NCBI GenBank assembly: GCA_963667015.2
Contig: CAXXJJ010000001.1
Span: forward strand, 1,792,001-1,856,000
Reading direction: 5' to 3'
DNA: 64,000 bases
From: Desulfatiglandales bacterium
GTDB lineage: Bacteria > Desulfobacterota > DSM-4660 > Desulfatiglandales > HGW-15
A program made the position numbers and the translations under genes. Shown one piece after another: positions 18,507-26,810 of the stretch. The notes beneath the pieces were generated by a model. The model saw nothing but the letters and a program-made list of their open reading frames with translations. It made no database searches and was not told the origin of the DNA. Numbering within the stretch: position 1 is the stretch's first letter; the number at the start of each line of letters is the position of its first letter.

Positions 18507-18881
18507 TTAGAACATTTTGCCGCCAATTTTAGCATCTACTGCAGGTGTGATAAATGTTGCTTCGCCACTCTCAGTCTTTGGGTATTGTACTCCCAGTGTG
18601 AGTACTTCAGAAGTGACATTCCCTACCTGTCTAGGTTCAAAATTCAGTACGCCAAGTACGAGAGCATTCTTCAACTCTTCAGGAGAGTGGTTTGTAAAAC
18701 GCCCAACACTTGTTTTTATTCCAAATTTGCCAAAATCTATCTTCATTTGATAAGCTTTTTTAGGCGAAGAGTTTTCTTCTTCTACTGAAATAATTCTACC
18801 TAATCGAATTTCTAATTTATCGAATGTTTCTTCTTTTGATACAATTTCTTTTGTTTCACGTGACATAAGATATTTCTCCAA
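18507..18881 (-). CDS. csaA: CsaA/Trbp111-like tRNA-binding OB-fold protein
   Basis: FDKLEIRLGRI, IDFGKFGIKTS, NFEPRQVG..SEVLTLGV. Confidence 0.85.
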   Translation of the reverse strand: MEKYLMSRETKEIVSKEETFDKLEIRLGRIISVEEENSSPKKAYQMKIDFGKFGIKTSVGRFTNHSPEELKNALVLGVLNFEPRQVGNVTSEVLTLGVQYPKTESGEATFITPAVDAKIGGKMF

Positions 18882-19337
18882 TTTTCAAGTATAAGTAATA
18901 AGACTTGGTAATCCTTTCTTAAATGGATAATGGCCCCATTAACTTGTGATTTTTGAGAAGTAAGTTGCTTTTTATCATTTTCTTTGAAAATACTTTTTGT
19001 TTTACACTTTTTTCCGGTAAATATTTTCTGAGAAAATCATGAAAATTTAAAATATATAGTTACGTCAAACGAATCACTTATTAATTTGCCCATATGATTT
19101 TGAGATGTTTTTCTCACTATATCAAAAAAACACCTATTAATTTTTATTTAATGCTTAAAAGTATTATACGAAAAGCAACTACAAAACAGTGTCAACAAAG
19201 AGCTTTGACACAGGTTTACCAGTTAAAAAGAATAATGTCGTGGAGGACATAAAAAGGCTGTTTATTTTACTGGATTTTATTTGGTAAGACTTAAATGGCA
19301 TATATAAAAAAATGGGGGGAAAGTCAAATGTTAAATT

Positions 19338-19421
19338 CAGGCTGAAGGTTTTCACCCTATTAAATGCTGCTTCGCAGCCCGCTTTGCGGATTTAACAGGG
19401 TAAAGGCTGTAGGCTGTTAGG
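19338..19421. repeat. AGGCTG(A/T) heptamer run interrupted by a palindromic element (19351-19404)
   Basis: caggctgaaggtt [ttcaccctattaaat...atttaacagggtaa] aggctgtaggctgttagg. Confidence 0.7.
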
Positions 19422-19442
19422 AACACCAATCCTTTTTAACCC

Positions 19443-19477
19443 TCCGCCTTCGCTGGAAAACCTTCGGCGGGACAGGC
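19443..19477. repeat. CCTGTC-CGCC...GGCGGA mini-palindrome inserted in a 9-mer repeat
   Basis: tccgccttcgctggaaaaccttcggcgggacaggc, flanked by ttttaacc and taaaatacacgaaag. Confidence 0.75.
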
Positions 19478-19621
19478 TAAAATACACGAAAGTTTTATTT
19501 TAATAAGCACTTCTTTTCTACTTTCCAGGGCTTTTTGAAGTGTCCATAGGTATAAAAAGCTTATTTTTCAATATTGTTATATAAATCAATGAGTTATTGG
19601 CTGTTGATGTGAGATTTACTA

Positions 19622-19695
19622 CCTGTCCCATAAATTTATGGGACAGGCTTATGATTGCTTTTATTTTTCGTGTATTTTGTGTGGTTCGTGGTTAA
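19622..19695. repeat. Perfect palindrome CCTGTCCCATAAATTTATGGGACAGG followed by a 9-mer repeat copy
   Basis: Palindrome at 19622-19647; ttttcgtgtattttgtgtggttcgtggttaaa at 19666-19695. Confidence 0.8.
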
Positions 19696-19707
19696 ATCGA
19701 TATTTTT

Positions 19708-20463
19708 TCAATAGGCTAGGGAAGGTTGTAATACCTCTGGTTTACTGTCCCAGGTCCGGCCAAGAAGTAATCTGCCGTTTTGCTTTTTTGGCCTTTTTAC
19801 TCCGTCAGCTCCCCAGCCTCCCCATTGTTTGAAGAAGAATGGAACATTATATTCTTTGCATTGCTGTTTAATATTCCTGGCCCATCCTGCTTTCATTGGT
19901 CTCGCCTTTGATCCTGATTCTCCTCCGACAATAACCCAGTGAATACCTGTCAGATCAATGTCTCCAAGATCTTCCAGCAAAGGTTCAATGGAAAGAAACC
20001 GGACATCGGTTTTTACCTTCCTTAATGAGTCTATCCTTGGCAGGCCATGCTTTCTGTTTTCAACAGTTACTCCCATCCATGCATTTGCCGGAATGTTTAT
20101 ATCCTGCATGATGTCTGTCATCCGTTTGGCTCGTTTTGTTAATATCTGAAAGGTATGCCATGGGGCTTTATCTATCACTTCAAATACCTTTTTGATATAT
20201 GAATCGGGGATGTCTTCATGGAACAGGTCACTCATGGAGTTAACAAAGTATACAGTCGATTTTTTCCTTTGTAATGGTTCCTCCAGTCTATGAGGCTGCA
20301 AGGTAAGTTTAAAGGCATTCTCATATCCCTTCGCGCCCATAGCCTGTAAGCGTTTTGCCATTACCTCTGCATAGCAGTTTTCACAGCCGGGGGATACCTT
20401 TGTACATCCTGTTGCCGGGTTCCATGTATGTTCTGTCCATTCTATTGATGTTTTTGTACTCAT
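19708..20463 (-). CDS. DUF5131 / phage Gp37-Gp68 family radical-SAM-like protein (start MSTKTSIEWT)
   Basis: IEWTEHTWNPATGCTKVSPGCENCYA, FVNSMSDLFH, FQILTKR, WVIVGGESG, FFFKQWGG. Confidence 0.92.
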   Translation of the reverse strand: MSTKTSIEWTEHTWNPATGCTKVSPGCENCYAEVMAKRLQAMGAKGYENAFKLTLQPHRLEEPLQRKKSTVYFVNSMSDLFHEDIPDSYIKKVFEVIDKAPWHTFQILTKRAKRMTDIMQDINIPANAWMGVTVENRKHGLPRIDSLRKVKTDVRFLSIEPLLEDLGDIDLTGIHWVIVGGESGSKARPMKAGWARNIKQQCKEYNVPFFFKQWGGWGADGVKRPKKQNGRLLLGRTWDSKPEVLQPSLAY

Positions 20464-20471
20464 GTTTTTTT

Positions 20472-20500
20472 TACCACGAAACACACGAAAGGCACGAAAA
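20472..20500. repeat. 9-bp-period repeat immediately upstream of the DUF5131 start
   Basis: taccacgaaacacacgaaaggcacgaaaa. Confidence 0.8.
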
Positions 20501-20523
20501 TTAAAAGAGTTTAAACCTTTATT

Positions 20524-21240
20524 TTAAATTCCATGTATACCCAATAAATTCTCTCGCAGGTATTGTAAGTCTTCACCCGGCTTTGTGCCTTCAATAAGCC
20601 ATTCCAGCCATTGATCAATAATCAACATTGCTTCATCACTCAGGCAATGTTCAGTAAATTCTACCGAATCATGATGCCTTCCCAAAGGAAGGATATGATC
20701 CAACCTGCAGAGAGAGCCTTTCTTCCCCTCTCCACGGATTGGCAATATATCCCAATGAAAATTCGGGTATTCAGCTTTTTTTATCCTGTTTATAAATTCT
20801 TCACTGAATCCTGCTCTTCGCCCATTCTGCTCTACTCCATAATATGGAACAACCAGAATTGTCGGTGCTGTCTGCCATGATGGTTTTCCTCTTGTTAATT
20901 GTTTTTGTATTTCAGAACCTCCGGATGAAATTATTAGTGCAGGTCTTTTTTTCGCTCTATATGCCAGTATAGTCTCGTCATCATGCAGAGGAAAGGCAGC
21001 AGTCGGTAAAGTTGATATATCTTTTTTGTCTGCAAGTTTTAATTCCTTCATGGTATAGCGGAATTTGGAGTGGTTAGTAGGGTCTTCACCCCTTCCTTCG
21101 GCAATTAAAGTGATAGGTACCTGGTGAACATGGGGTAGGTGGGCTCTTATTAATCTGCCTCTGCGAAAATCTCGTTTTTTATCTTCTATCCACCAGTTGT
21201 TCAGGTAAGCTTGGATTGTGTCATCAGCATAGTTCATCAT
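20524..21240 (-). CDS. Putative toxin with a PemK/MazF-like motif
   Basis: RGRLI...AKKRPALIIS...ILVVPYYG resembles the PemK K-RPALII..V.VP pattern; overlaps the Panacea gene. Confidence 0.5.
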   Translation of the reverse strand: MMNYADDTIQAYLNNWWIEDKKRDFRRGRLIRAHLPHVHQVPITLIAEGRGEDPTNHSKFRYTMKELKLADKKDISTLPTAAFPLHDDETILAYRAKKRPALIISSGGSEIQKQLTRGKPSWQTAPTILVVPYYGVEQNGRRAGFSEEFINRIKKAEYPNFHWDILPIRGEGKKGSLCRLDHILPLGRHHDSVEFTEHCLSDEAMLIIDQWLEWLIEGTKPGEDLQYLRENLLGIHGI

Positions 21241-22018
21241 CAGTCCTGAATTTCGATTTCCAAAAATCAGGTGATACGTTAATAATTCCCTTTTCTTCTT
21301 TTATAAAATCACCGCCAAGGCTTTCAGCGCATTCCAGACCTTCATAATAAACATCATCATATCTTGGTTGTGTATACTCTTTTCTTGCTTGTTTTTCTTT
21401 AAGCGATTTTTCGAGCCTTGAAGCCATTTCATTTTTAAGATTTTCAACTGCTTCTTTTTTTAGTCGTTTTCTTTTTACTGATAATTTTTCCGCTTCTTCT
21501 GTTTCCTCTTCTATCCATTCCTGTTTTTCATCTTCAAAATCAAAACAAAGTTCTTCACCCGGAGCAGCACAGATCATTGGCCGTGTCCTGTATATATAAT
21601 GAAGTAATTCTGCAGTGTCCTTTCCATATTGTTTTACTGCCTTTTTTATTATTCCTGAAATTTCCAGTGGAAGGGTATTGTAAACTTCCTCGTATGGATA
21701 ATCATCGGAACAGGAATATCGGAAAAAATCCTTATCATATTGGTGGCTGGTTATCTTTTTGATATTTGCACCGATTGATTCAACAGCGGGCTCAATCCTT
21801 TGGTAGACTTCCTCTGCCCATGGACCGAAATTATAAAAACGCCATGGTGTACCGGTATAGGTTTTTCCACCATGGTGTTCTGCATAGGCCAGATCTGCAA
21901 GATATACATATTTTATGAGATGGATCTGACCAAGCTCCCTGTCCCATGGATCGTCAGCACGGCAGGCTTCCAGAAGGGCAAGTTTTATAATGTTGTCTAT
22001 TCTTTGAATATCAATCAT
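21224..22018 (-). CDS. Panacea-domain (DUF4065/SocA/GepA-like) antitoxin with C-terminal extension
   Basis: LIKYVYLADLAYAEHHGGKTYTGTPWRFYNFGPW...ELLHYIY.T.PM. Confidence 0.7.
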   Translation of the reverse strand: MIDIQRIDNIIKLALLEACRADDPWDRELGQIHLIKYVYLADLAYAEHHGGKTYTGTPWRFYNFGPWAEEVYQRIEPAVESIGANIKKITSHQYDKDFFRYSCSDDYPYEEVYNTLPLEISGIIKKAVKQYGKDTAELLHYIYRTRPMICAAPGEELCFDFEDEKQEWIEEETEEAEKLSVKRKRLKKEAVENLKNEMASRLEKSLKEKQARKEYTQPRYDDVYYEGLECAESLGGDFIKEEKGIINVSPDFWKSKFRTDDELC

Positions 22019-22108
22019 ACGTTGTTAATCGGTATTTTTATAGAAATGATAAGTATTTAATAGGGGCTGTATCACACATTATTCGGCTGTGATGCTCTAT
22101 TACCCCCT

Positions 22109-22327
22109 CTATTCCCATGATGACCTTTCAGAGTCAACATATTCCTGCGCATCAATATCATCCCAGATTTCTTTTCCAACACCTTTCAGGTTATAAATAT
22201 TTAGTTTGGGTTGACGTTTGTCGGACGTAGATATTTCAGTAATAAGCTTTGTTAAAAGAACTCTTTTATCATTATCTCTGAGTTTTGATATCTGGCGGTA
22301 AATTTTTTCAACAGCTAATTCACTTAT
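22109..22327 (-). pseudogene. Small antitoxin-like ORF (72 aa) with ATA in the start position; not in the ORF track
   Basis: GGAGG RBS, then ATA-SELAVEKIYRQISKL...NLKGVGKEIWDDIDAQEYVDSERSSWE*; this C-terminal motif is typical of antitoxins upstream of PIN toxins; no toxin follows. Confidence 0.65.
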
Positions 22328-22379
22328 TCTTTATACCTCCTTGATTTTGAAACTATATAATAAAAAAACACAAGATCAA

Positions 22380-22547
22380 TCAAGGTATTGGTGTGTTCCA
22401 TACAACTTCCAGGCATCTTCTCAAACCATTCAAATTGCTTTTTATCGGTTCTATAATGGGGATAATCTTGCCATCGCTCAAATACTCAACACTTTCCCTT
22501 AGCGTTATCAATTCAAACTGCTTTCCTCTGAAGTATGGATAGTACAT
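22380..22547 (-). pseudogene. Truncated sce7725-family protein (N-terminal 55 aa only)
   Basis: MYYPYFRGKQFELITLRE...IIPIIEP is the sce7725 N-terminus; directly downstream of sce7726; ends prematurely. Confidence 0.75.
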
Positions 22548-22555
22548 AGGCAATC

Positions 22556-23458
22556 CTAGTGAGTAGCTGGATTCAAAAGACATCCGCAAGGTTTATCAAG
22601 TAATGCCAGAAATTGATCCTTTTCTTTTTTATTAAATTTTGTATTAAGGGCAAAAGCTTTAAGAGAGTAAGGGATGGAGCTTATAAAATCTTTTAATGTG
22701 TTATTCCCTCTGGTTTTGAGAGCTTTAACCATTGCGTCATGAGCATCAACAGGACTTAATTCAAGGAATAATGATTTACACTCACTATAAATCTGCGTGT
22801 TGGGTACGTCAGGGATAAATCCAAATTTTTCCTGAATTATTGACGTGTATTCCTTTTTCCTTAGTGAGTCAAATATTACCCCCTGATCTATAAGGTGTTT
22901 TCGTGATGCAGCTTCCCTGACTGTTCTAATGGTATTGCGCGGGGTTAATTCCAAAATACCGATGGAGTCACTTGTAGTTTCTTGAACTTTTGAAATCTGG
23001 TTTGATGAAACAATGATGTTTATTTTATCGAATACTTTTTTATATGCTTCGACCTGTCTTGTTAATCTTTCAAAGGAATCAAGCTCTGTTTTTATCTCAT
23101 ATATATTTGAAGTACCGTTTATTATGACTGCATCTGCTTTACAGTTTGATGCGCGGAATTCTGTAAGCATAAATGACGTATTAAGGGAATGTTTCCCCAG
23201 CAGTATTTTATTAGCTATTGCATTTTTGTATATGTATTCATTCCTGTAAGACTTTGCCAGATAATTATATACAGTATTAAAAAGTTCCTTTAATTTGAGG
23301 TTTTTATCCAGTAAACTGTTGAAACCTGAAACTGATAATATTTCCGGGATATATTTAGGTTTATCACATTTAACTAATTCGGATATGACAGAGTTAGAGA
23401 ATATCCGTGCAAGATGTGGATTATATTTCCGATCTATATTTAAGTTTTTAGAGGCCAT
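22556..23458 (-). CDS. sce7726-family protein (PD-(D/E)xK-like nuclease fold)
   Basis: YRNEYIYKNAIANKILLGKHSLNT, EFR...KADAVIING...YEIKTELDS..RL..Q. Confidence 0.85.
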   Translation of the reverse strand: MASKNLNIDRKYNPHLARIFSNSVISELVKCDKPKYIPEILSVSGFNSLLDKNLKLKELFNTVYNYLAKSYRNEYIYKNAIANKILLGKHSLNTSFMLTEFRASNCKADAVIINGTSNIYEIKTELDSFERLTRQVEAYKKVFDKINIIVSSNQISKVQETTSDSIGILELTPRNTIRTVREAASRKHLIDQGVIFDSLRKKEYTSIIQEKFGFIPDVPNTQIYSECKSLFLELSPVDAHDAMVKALKTRGNNTLKDFISSIPYSLKAFALNTKFNKKEKDQFLALLDKPCGCLLNPATH

Positions 23459-23692
23459 TTTATTCTTTTATAAATACTGTTTTGTTTTCGGTTTACTTTA
23501 TATTATGGAGATCGGATTAATACAAGAGAGTCTTTTATCGTAAACTAATTATAATTTTATCAGGATTTGATTGAATATAAAACTTATAAAAGAGAAATAA
23601 ACAAATGTCAATTGAGCTCAGTTTAAAAAAAATATTTGCTTTTTACTGCAAAAAAACACGCAAGTTTGTAGTGCCTGCTAAAAAGTTTTAGC

Positions 23693-23761
23693 CTGGATCC
23701 CCCTGTTCCGCCTTCGCGAAAACGTTCAAGCTATGGCGGGACAGGCAAGCCGGAGAATGAC
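23693..23761. repeat. CTGGATCCCC...CAAGCCGGAGAATGAC REP with a nested CCTGTC mini-palindrome (23707-23745)
   Basis: Reverse complement reads GTCATTCTCCGGCTTG[CCTGTCCCGCCATAGC...GCGAAGGCGGA]ACAGGGGGATCCAG. Confidence 0.75.
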
Positions 23762-23840
23762 GGGCAGGTTAGTATACTTAATAATCTATGCCTGAATCCA
23801 TAATCATATTTTCGTGTGTTTCGTACTTGATATAAAAAAA

Positions 23841-25082
23841 TCAAATACAGGCTGCCGGAACAACCAAAATTCTTTCGGCAATCATTTCCGTGCGTTCGCT
23901 ATTATTTATTACTATTCCCAGGGGTAAATCATTTTTATAAACAAAATTTTTAATTGCCTGTAACTGGCGCTGTTTAACAGTGCTGCCAAATTTTATTTCT
24001 ATGGGCAATATTCCAAAAGGCCCCTGGAGTACCAGGTCAACTTCAGATCCATTTCTTGTTCTGAAATGATAGTAATGCCAGTTAATCGTATCCGTTGCCT
24101 GTATACCTTTAATAATTTCTTCAGACACAAATGCCTCAAAGGCATTCCCAACATTGGGATGACTTATTAACCGATTCCTGTCTATTATCCCCTGTAAAAA
24201 ATGTGTTAGACCACTGTCTCTTAAATTACCTTTGGGCATTTTCACGATAGACTTGCTGACACTGGATTCAAAACTGGGGATATTTCTCCATATGTAACTG
24301 CCCTCTGCTATTTCAAGATAATCCCTTATTGATTTTTCTGAAACATCAAGAGATCTTCCAACCTGAGACCTGTTGATAATTGTACCTGTCAAAGCAGACA
24401 GCATCGAAATAAAACGCTGATATTTTATCAGGTCCAATCGGGGGAATAATGTTCTGATATCACGCTGTACATATGTTTTGATATAATTATCCATCCAGGC
24501 ATTCCAGAACTTTTCATTCTGTTCAAGCACAGGTTCAGGGTATCCTCCTTTTAAGAAGGCATTCATTACCTGATCATGGCTTATTTCGGGTGTAATATCT
24601 CTTAAAAAATCTATTGTAGAATTGTTAATTTCCTTTTCAAATATTTTATAAAATTCAGGGAGTTTGAGAGAATAAATCTCGTTTGATTTAAATGTACTCA
24701 ACTCAATGATACCCACTCTACCTGCAAGGCTCTCTGAAGCATTTTTTATAAGATCTATTGAACTCGACCCGATGAGTAAAAACCTGCCCCTGGTTTTTCT
24801 GTCTTTATCAATTGTACCGCGTAATTCCTGAAATAAATCAGGGAATCTTTGTGCTTCATCAATAATTAAAGAATTTGGATTTTCCTTAATAAAAAAATCA
24901 AAATCATTTGATATAAGATCATAGTCTCTGCTGCGCTCAAGATCGAGATACCGCCAGTCAGGCCTGAGCATTTTTGCCAGAGTAGTTTTTCCACACTGCC
25001 TGACACCCAGTATGATTACAGCAGGAAAATAACTGAGAAGATCATTTATTTTGGATTGGATATTTCGTTTTAAGTCAGTCAT
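23841..25082 (-). CDS. AAA+ ATPase with C-terminal DUF4143 domain
   Basis: GVRQCGKTT, IIDEAQ, GSSS...ESLAGR, GGYPE, KMPK..LRDSG, RTRNGSEVDLV...IEIK. Confidence 0.9.
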   Translation of the reverse strand: MTDLKRNIQSKINDLLSYFPAVIILGVRQCGKTTLAKMLRPDWRYLDLERSRDYDLISNDFDFFIKENPNSLIIDEAQRFPDLFQELRGTIDKDRKTRGRFLLIGSSSIDLIKNASESLAGRVGIIELSTFKSNEIYSLKLPEFYKIFEKEINNSTIDFLRDITPEISHDQVMNAFLKGGYPEPVLEQNEKFWNAWMDNYIKTYVQRDIRTLFPRLDLIKYQRFISMLSALTGTIINRSQVGRSLDVSEKSIRDYLEIAEGSYIWRNIPSFESSVSKSIVKMPKGNLRDSGLTHFLQGIIDRNRLISHPNVGNAFEAFVSEEIIKGIQATDTINWHYYHFRTRNGSEVDLVLQGPFGILPIEIKFGSTVKQRQLQAIKNFVYKNDLPLGIVINNSERTEMIAERILVVPAACI

Positions 25083-25189
25083 ATTCGTATGATACGCACG
25101 AAAATTACTGATGTAAATTATTTTATACTAGGCAACAATGGCCCTTATGCCACACAAGATTTTAATAACTTCAAAAGCTTTTTTTCTTT

Positions 25190-25294
25190 CTCTGTGTACT
25201 CTGTGAGCTCTGCGAGATACTTGTTTTATTTTCGTGTATTTCGTGCGGGTTGCCTGTCATGCCGAAGCTTTTCTGCGAAGGCGGATGGATTAAA
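25190..25294. repeat. 9-mer repeats with a nested CCTGTC mini-palindrome (25253-25285) at the island's right edge
   Basis: ctctgtgtactctgtgagctctgcgaga; ttcgtgtatttcgtgcgggttg[cctgtcatgccgaagcttttctgcgaaggcgga]tggattaaa. Confidence 0.75.
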
Positions 25295-25960
25295 TTATTT
25301 TCTTAAAAGTACATATATGGCCCCTGTACCTCCGTCATACGGCTGGGCTGAAGAAAACGCCATTACTATCTTTCTTGCGGGACCCCGATTGAGCCATATG
25401 GGAAGCCTTTCCTTGAGCACGGGTATGCTGTCCGGTGAATTAAGGCCCCTGCCATGTACAATCAGTACGCATCTTAATCCCCTGCTGTGGCTGTTGATCA
25501 GAAATTTTCTGACCACATTCTCTGCATCTTTTTTTGTAAGACCATGGAGGTCAATATGTGCCTGAATCGGAAATTTGCCCTTTTTCAATTTTTTAAGGAT
25601 GTTTTTACTGATTCCGCTGATTGAGCCTTCTATATATTCATCACTGAAGGTGAAATCCATATCTATTGACCCTGCCACAAGGCTGTGAAGATGGGTTATT
25701 ACCTCATCCTCATAATCTGAAAGGGAGTGGGACGGTTTTTTTGTTTTACCGGCAGGCGCTATCTTTTCTCCCTTTTCCGAATTAATGGGGATTACTCCGG
25801 CCATGGCATCATTAAAGATCGCTGCATCATCAGCCTCGGTTTTGTCAGGCTTTTTTTCAAGCTTTTTTATGGGTTCCTTTGACTTTGCTTCCGTGACAAC
25901 CCTTTTAAGGTCCTTAAATGCCGTATTAAATACCTGGCTTTTTTTATTTCTTTTGGGCAT
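25295..25960 (-). CDS. Smr/MutS2 C-terminal domain endonuclease
   Basis: IDLHGLT, LIVHGRGLNS, PVLK, GGTGAIYVLL. Confidence 0.92.
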   Translation of the reverse strand: MPKRNKKSQVFNTAFKDLKRVVTEAKSKEPIKKLEKKPDKTEADDAAIFNDAMAGVIPINSEKGEKIAPAGKTKKPSHSLSDYEDEVITHLHSLVAGSIDMDFTFSDEYIEGSISGISKNILKKLKKGKFPIQAHIDLHGLTKKDAENVVRKFLINSHSRGLRCVLIVHGRGLNSPDSIPVLKERLPIWLNRGPARKIVMAFSSAQPYDGGTGAIYVLLRK

Positions 25961-26167
25961 GGTTTTTCATTCTAATTAACTGGTTAATGCATATATTCTT
26001 ATTTTTAACAAATTTTAGTATCAGATTAAAACACATAATATCAATATTGTTAATCCCGAAAATATCTGGGCAATAAATCATAAATACTTTAAAGACTTGA
26101 TTTTATATCATATATTGAATAAAAAACTGGTTTTAAATATTTTAAAATATATTTTACCCGGAGAGAT

Positions 26168-26806
26168 ATGGCCAGAATAGACGACTTTAAACAGGCAAAG
26201 GCGCTTTCAAAAGAGGAGCTGCTTAATTATGATCCTGAAGTAATAGCAAGGTATTCAGGTGTTGAACTTAAAAAAGAGGGGAATGAATTAAAGGCCCTTT
26301 GTCTTAACTTCCTGAACAGAAATATCATTATTTCATGGCCTGAAATGGATTTTACATATGAAACAGGTGACGGTGAAATACCACTCCAGCAGCAGGCATT
26401 CTTGCTCCATTACCTGAACGGAGCATGTTTAAAAGAGGGTATTAAGCCTGCAGGAGAGTGGGTTTCGTACCAGGATATTCCTGACGGCAGGTTTTATATG
26501 GATGCCTTTATAAAAAGGGCAAAAACTCCGCTGATCCAGACATTCGGCCTTAATGCAAAAAAGATGGTTGATATTGCGTCAAAGGCATATAATGCCGAAA
26601 CACTTGATCTTGGGGATTATTCGGTAAAGGTGAAAGCCCTTCCGCTGGTACCTGTTGCGCTTCTTATCTGGGAAGGAGATGATGAGTTTCCGCCGGATGG
26701 AAACCTTCTATTTGACAAGACTGTATCAGAGATTCTTTCGGCAGAGGATATTGCAACCCTTGCCGGGATTGTTGTTTATCCCATGATCGGGATGGCGTAC
26801 AAATAA
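26168..26806 (+). CDS. DUF3786 domain protein
   Basis: LLHYL, GEWVSYQDIPDG.FY..F, ALPLVP..LIWEGDDEFPP..NLLFD, LSAED. Confidence 0.85.
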   Translation: MARIDDFKQAKALSKEELLNYDPEVIARYSGVELKKEGNELKALCLNFLNRNIIISWPEMDFTYETGDGEIPLQQQAFLLHYLNGACLKEGIKPAGEWVSYQDIPDGRFYMDAFIKRAKTPLIQTFGLNAKKMVDIASKAYNAETLDLGDYSVKVKALPLVPVALLIWEGDDEFPPDGNLLFDKTVSEILSAEDIATLAGIVVYPMIGMAYK

Positions 26807-26810
26807 AAGC

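Noticed and set aside
18882..19330. AT-rich gap as a hidden gene or ncRNA
   Set aside because: Only short frames without a start/RBS or recognisable motif; no convincing structure seen
25089..25565. 158-aa plus-strand ORF
   Set aside because: Runs through repeats and antisense to smr; no recognisable motif
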